NCBI GenBank assembly: GCA_964635045.1
Contig: CAZWMJ010000001.1
Location: forward strand, 21,234 to 85,233
Length of the DNA: 64,000 nt
DNA from: an uncultured Gammaproteobacteria bacterium
GTDB taxonomy: Bacteria; Patescibacteriota; Microgenomatia; Levybacterales; UBA12049
Reading direction: 5' to 3'
In this document: positions 60,254-64,000 of the stretch, piece by piece
Layout: each line of letters opens with the position of its first letter
How positions within the stretch are numbered: the first letter of the stretch is position 1
Program-made: the position numbers and the translations under genes
Notes under the pieces: model-generated
Databases searched by the model: none
What the model saw: the letters and a program-made list of their open reading frames with translations, nothing else
Told to the model about the DNA's origin: nothing

Positions 60254-63172
60254 TTATAAGCTTGAACACAACATCTTAAATTCGCAGTTTTTGCAAATGC
60301 TGCTGCCGCTGCATAAAAAATCCGAAGCAGAAATCGCTTCTTTTATCTCAAAAAGTTTTTCTTTTGCCGTTTCAAGCTGTTCTTTGGTTCTTTCGGTGGT
60401 AAACTTTTTACCGCTCTCCAAATAGTAGAGTGACAAGACTACCTCGCTTGGATTTTTTCCCAGCAGTTTATCTTTGACTTCTGTGGCGGCTAAAGCGTAG
60501 ACTGTTAACTGAAAATTTTTGTCAAGCTCCTTTTCGTCAGGTAAATTAGCGCCGGTTTTATAATCCAAAATTTCAATTTTGCCATTATTTAATCTGTCAA
60601 TGCGGTCAATTTTACCCCCGATCCGCAAACTATTATTTTGTTCTCCTATACTAAATTGAAAAGGCATTTCCAACGAAATAGGCAGGTGTTTGGGGTCAAA
60701 AGCATTCTTGAAGAAATTTTTTAAGACCGTTTCTCCTTTAGCGAACATCTGTTTTTCGTGATCTTTACTACTATACCCTTCGTTAATCCAATTCTTTTTA
60801 AAAAGTTCCAACAGTCCTTTTTCAGTTGTCTTACTACCTGCTAAAAGTAGCTGGTAAAAATCGCGAAGCGTGGCATGAATAGTTGTACCAAAACTTTGGG
60901 CGCTGGTTTGAGGAACGGGAATCCGCAGAATATACTTGGCTTTATAATGCATGGGGCAGGTATTAAAGGTGTCAATTTGGGAATAGGAAAGATAGTTAAC
61001 AAGAAGTTTGGCACGTGGCGCGTGGTCGGTTGATTTACCAATCTCAACCGGTTTCCATTCCAATAATGTTAGCTGTTGGCTGTTGGCTGTTGGCTGTTGG
61101 CTGATTTTATTACCAAAAACTTCATAGACAAAAGGGGAGAGTTTGCGTTCCCGTTTGCCTTCTCCATAATAATTGGCTGCAGTTAAAAAAAGATGGTCTT
61201 TGGCGCGAGTCATACCCACATAAAAAAGTCTCCGTTCTTCTTCCAGATGATAATCTCCTTCAGGCAGAATTTCTTTGATTAAAGACTCCGGAATTGGGAT
61301 TTGCTCGCGCCGCTCCCTGGTAGGGAAACGTTGGGAAACCAGGTTAACCAGAAACACGATTGGAAACTCCAGTCCTTTGCTGGAATGAATTGTTAAAATA
61401 TTAACTGCGTTATTTTCTGTCCAGTCTAAATCGGCAGCCAGAGGTGATTCCCCCATTTGCATGGACAAATCAATCCAGTCAACAATAGCAGAAACTGATG
61501 CATCTTCGTGTTCCACCTCATAAGTTTTTAATTTATCAAAAAACTTTGCCATGTTTTGAGCCCGGCGTTCATCAAGCTTTGTTTTATAAGCAACAATCTT
61601 TTTAAGAAGTCCGCAGTCTTCCAAAAAATAATAGAGAATTTGTCCGGCGCTATCTTTTCGCATCCGTTTAAGATGTCTGGTAATCATGCTTACAATTTGT
61701 TTACATTTTTCTTTCACCTCATTTTGGACAAAAACCTGATCAATTTTTTCCAGCGTTTCAAAAAGCGACAGGTTTTGCCGTCGGGCAAAATTAAACATGG
61801 CTGAAATATCTCTTGCCGAAATGCCAAAATGTTCCATGCTCAATACCCGATAAAGCGACACGTTGTCTTGGAAATTATATAAAACTTTAAGATAGCAAAT
61901 TAAATCTTTTATCTCCTCCTGCCGAAAAAGTTGGCCCGGGCCTAAGAATTGAAAAGGAATTTTTTGCCGTTCAAAAGCGCGGATAAAAGGTTCGGCATGA
62001 TTATTGGCCCGAACCAGAATGGCAATATCCCTGTACTGATAAGTTTTAGTAAGTTCTCCAATTTTTTTCGCGACTTCATCGGCTTCGTTTTCCACCCGGT
62101 CGGTGTAGATAAGTTGAGGTTCCTCACCTTTAGTTTTTCGAACGCCCACTAATTTTTTATCAATTTTTTCTTTAATCTCCAACCGGTCTGGATTGTTGTT
62201 TTGAATTAATTTATAAGCGCTATCTAAAATTGCTTGAGTGGATCGATAGTTTTGAGTTAACACAATAATTTTTGTCTTGGGAAAATGTTTTTTAAATTGA
62301 ATAATATTTGATACGGCCGCCCCCCGCCAGCGGTAAATGGCCTGATCATCGTCGCCGACAACCGTGATGTTTTGTTTGTTACCTGCCTCGCCGGCAGGCG
62401 GGCCTGATAATAAAATTGCCAGCTCATTTTGGGCAAAGTTAGTATCCTGAAATTCATCAACTAAAATATACTTAAATTTTTGTTGATATTCTGCCAGAAT
62501 ATTTTTTCTGGTGCGGAAAAGCTTAAGGGCATTACTGATTAAATCGGCAAAATCCATCACTCCCTCTTTGGTTTTCAATCCCTCATAAACCTTATAAGCA
62601 TGAGCTAATTCAAGGGTTTTTTTAATTTCATCTGGTTCAGCGTTTAGCGTATAGCGTTTAGCGTTTAGTTTTTGAGCATATTTTAAGTATTCGTCTGAAT
62701 TCACGTCTTCGTCTTTTAACCGACTAAAGTGCTGCAGCATTCCTTCCAAAAATTTGTTGGGATTTCCCAAGGGTCGGAAATATTCAAGTTCAAATTTGAA
62801 AAGATTTTTGCGCAGAAAAAGAATTGTTTCCGCCTCGCTCATGAGGCGATAGCCGGGATTAAGACCGATATGAATTGCCTCACTTCTCAAAATTCTGTCA
62901 CAAAAAGAATGAAAGGTGGTAATCCACATTTGCGAGTAGCCGTAGGGGAGGGCTACATCTACCCGCTCTTCCATTTCGCGGCTGGCCTTATCGGTAAAAG
63001 TGAGAGCCAAAACTTCGGCAGGAAGAACATTTTTTTCCAAAATTAAATGCTTGATCCGTTCGGTAATAACTGTGGTTTTCCCCGTTCCCGCCCCGGCAAT
63101 AATTAAAAGTGGGCCTTCACCAAACTTTACCGCCTCAAGCTGTTCTTGGTTGAGTATTCTATCATCAGTCAT
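60254..63172 (-). CDS. UvrD/PcrA-family helicase fused to a C-terminal PD-(D/E)XK nuclease with Cas4/AddB-type Cys cluster
   Basis: QLEAVKFGEGPLLIIAGAGTGKTT, LVDEFQDTN, VGDDDQAIYRWRGA and TIHSSKGLEF helicase motifs. The C-terminus has TCPMHYKAKY ... ILDYKTG ... CKNCEFKMLC (C-xn-CxxCxxxxxC). Confidence 0.88.
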   Translation of the reverse strand: MTDDRILNQEQLEAVKFGEGPLLIIAGAGTGKTTVITERIKHLILEKNVLPAEVLALTFTDKASREMEERVDVALPYGYSQMWITTFHSFCDRILRSEAIHIGLNPGYRLMSEAETILFLRKNLFKFELEYFRPLGNPNKFLEGMLQHFSRLKDEDVNSDEYLKYAQKLNAKRYTLNAEPDEIKKTLELAHAYKVYEGLKTKEGVMDFADLISNALKLFRTRKNILAEYQQKFKYILVDEFQDTNFAQNELAILLSGPPAGEAGNKQNITVVGDDDQAIYRWRGAAVSNIIQFKKHFPKTKIIVLTQNYRSTQAILDSAYKLIQNNNPDRLEIKEKIDKKLVGVRKTKGEEPQLIYTDRVENEADEVAKKIGELTKTYQYRDIAILVRANNHAEPFIRAFERQKIPFQFLGPGQLFRQEEIKDLICYLKVLYNFQDNVSLYRVLSMEHFGISARDISAMFNFARRQNLSLFETLEKIDQVFVQNEVKEKCKQIVSMITRHLKRMRKDSAGQILYYFLEDCGLLKKIVAYKTKLDERRAQNMAKFFDKLKTYEVEHEDASVSAIVDWIDLSMQMGESPLAADLDWTENNAVNILTIHSSKGLEFPIVFLVNLVSQRFPTRERREQIPIPESLIKEILPEGDYHLEEERRLFYVGMTRAKDHLFLTAANYYGEGKRERKLSPFVYEVFGNKISQQPTANSQQLTLLEWKPVEIGKSTDHAPRAKLLVNYLSYSQIDTFNTCPMHYKAKYILRIPVPQTSAQSFGTTIHATLRDFYQLLLAGSKTTEKGLLELFKKNWINEGYSSKDHEKQMFAKGETVLKNFFKNAFDPKHLPISLEMPFQFSIGEQNNSLRIGGKIDRIDRLNNGKIEILDYKTGANLPDEKELDKNFQLTVYALAATEVKDKLLGKNPSEVVLSLYYLESGKKFTTERTKEQLETAKEKLFEIKEAISASDFLCSGSSICKNCEFKMLCSSL
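61072..61103 (-). repeat. heptanucleotide tandem array (GCTGTTG)n x4.6 inside the helicase gene
   Basis: Four perfect copies plus GCTG read directly. On the coding strand, (CAACAGC)n encodes SQQPTANSQQLT. Confidence 0.95.
62639..62673 (-). repeat. heptanucleotide tandem array (AGCGTTT)n, about 5 copies (imperfect), inside the helicase gene
   Basis: AGCGTTT AGCGTAT AGCGTTT AGCGTTT AGTTTTT read directly. The coding strand encodes KLNAKRYTLNAE. Confidence 0.9.
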
Positions 63173-63195
63173 GCAGCTATTTTACCACACCTTTG

Positions 63196-63639
63196 TTATT
63201 CTACTATTACTACGCCTGTTTGTCCCGGATTTAGGTGGTTATGATATTTGTACGTACCCGGTTTATCAAATATCAGCGAAACAGACGAACCATTATCAAA
63301 ATTTCCAAGATTAAGAGCAGGATAAACAAGGTGAGTTGGATGTACTGCCGAACTAACATTTGCAACATTACCGCTTTTATTCATCCATACAACTTTTCCT
63401 CCGGCTTTGACAGTAATTGTTTGCGGTTCAAACCCAGAACTTGTGATAGTTACATTTGTTTCTTCAGTTTTAGCGGCGGAGGAGGTAGCCGGTTGCTCTT
63501 CTATTTTGCTTGGCGCAACAGTTGGAGGAGGATTTGATGTACTATTATTTGTCCCCTTACCGCCCAGCAAAATAGCCCCTCCAGCGATTACCACCAGCGC
63601 CACTATCCCAAGTAAAAGCTTATTGTTCATTTTTCTCAC
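63196..63639 (-). CDS. membrane-anchored cupredoxin-fold protein
   Basis: N-terminal TM/signal anchor. The C-terminal FEPQTITVKAGGKVVWMNKSG...HP...PGTYKYHNHLNPGQTGVVIVE resembles plastocyanin/EfeO-type cupredoxin domains. Confidence 0.5.
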   Translation of the reverse strand: MRKMNNKLLLGIVALVVIAGGAILLGGKGTNNSTSNPPPTVAPSKIEEQPATSSAAKTEETNVTITSSGFEPQTITVKAGGKVVWMNKSGNVANVSSAVHPTHLVYPALNLGNFDNGSSVSLIFDKPGTYKYHNHLNPGQTGVVIVE

Positions 63640-63678
63640 CTCCTTTCTTTGATACTTATAATTATATATAATTATTGA

Positions 63679-64000
63679 TATGTCAACAATAGCGAGAGAA
63701 TTTAGCTTATCCCTTTTAAGGAAAGAAAAAGTGGCTTTGGACGCGTACGCATTTTATTTTGACAGAAAAAATGAGGATTTTGATTTTTTGCCGGGACAAT
63801 ATATCCGGATGATGCTGTCTATTAGCAATCCTGACGAGCGGGGCAATTCCCGTCTTTTTTCCATTGTTTCTTCACCTCTTGAGAAAGATTATTTGATGAT
63901 AACTACCAGAATTATTCAAAGCTCGTTCAAACAGGAATTAGTAAAATTGCCCGAGGGTTCAATGGTCAAATTTTTCGGTCCCATGGGGAAGTTTACTTTG
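63679..64000 (+). CDS. FAD-binding FNR-family oxidoreductase, partial (runs off the window end)
   Basis: The ATG at 63679 opens a frame that stays open to 64000. FLPGQYIRM...RLFSIVSSP (RxFS FAD-binding motif) ...GSMVKFFGPMGKF. Confidence 0.5.

Noticed and set aside
1-64000. Alternative genetic code (UGA reassigned, as in some CPR lineages)
   Set aside because: Long conserved genes are intact under the standard code, and several conserved proteins end on TGA at the expected C-terminus (for example hsdS ...EGKL-TGA and rplW ...EQGA-TGA).

Overview
AT-rich bacterial window read with the standard genetic code (UGA is used as a stop). The + strand carries the transcription/translation super-operon: rpoB-rpoC-rpsL-rpsG ... 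fusA ... tuf-rpsJ ... rplC-through-rplO-secY-adk-map-infA-rpmJ-rpsM-rpsK-rpsD-rpoA-rplQ-rplM-rpsI. Downstream lie a small accessory patch, tRNA-Pro(GGG), recA-recX-rny-hup, an ABC-2 type transporter, an AI-2E permease, RNase P RNA and a UvrD-type helicase fused to a nuclease. Several traits suggest a Candidate Phyla Radiation / Patescibacteria-like genome, which is an inference: no L30 gene between rpsE and rplO, a short AlaRS, tailed S12/S13/L17, a 23S-IVS-type four-helix-bundle gene, and word-like hairpins. The conserved backbone is interrupted three times. (i) An orphan two-gene insert with its own consensus promoter and palindrome sits between rpsG and fusA. (ii) A 5.7 kb mixed-strand block (YjbQ, NadE, NadD, Fic, Nudix-like, DUF2130-like, Obg) sits between fusA and tuf. 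(iii) A ~9.4 kb accessory/defence island sits between rpsJ and rplC, holding a type I R-M system, a Bro-N protein, DUF4242, a DUF433/DUF5615 pair and a Trp-rich secreted protein. The strongest novelty candidate is a three-gene cassette wedged between hsdM and hsdS with its own promoter. It encodes a membrane-tethered LexA-like winged-helix protein, a proteasome-beta/HslV-like Ntn hydrolase with Ser at the nucleophile position, and a small Myb/SANT-like HTH protein. hsdS is apparently transcribed through this cassette. Other notable signals: four heptanucleotide tandem arrays inside coding regions; long imperfect palindromes built from short words in r-protein spacers, plus a four-helix-bundle gene sitting inside such a hairpin; a dispersed TGAGC..CGAAGG motif at module junctions; a signal-peptidase-I homologue lacking both catalytic residues; and promoter-hairpin-U-tract leaders ahead of rplC, infA and tuf. 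All functional calls rest on motif recognition by eye. No database searches were run.
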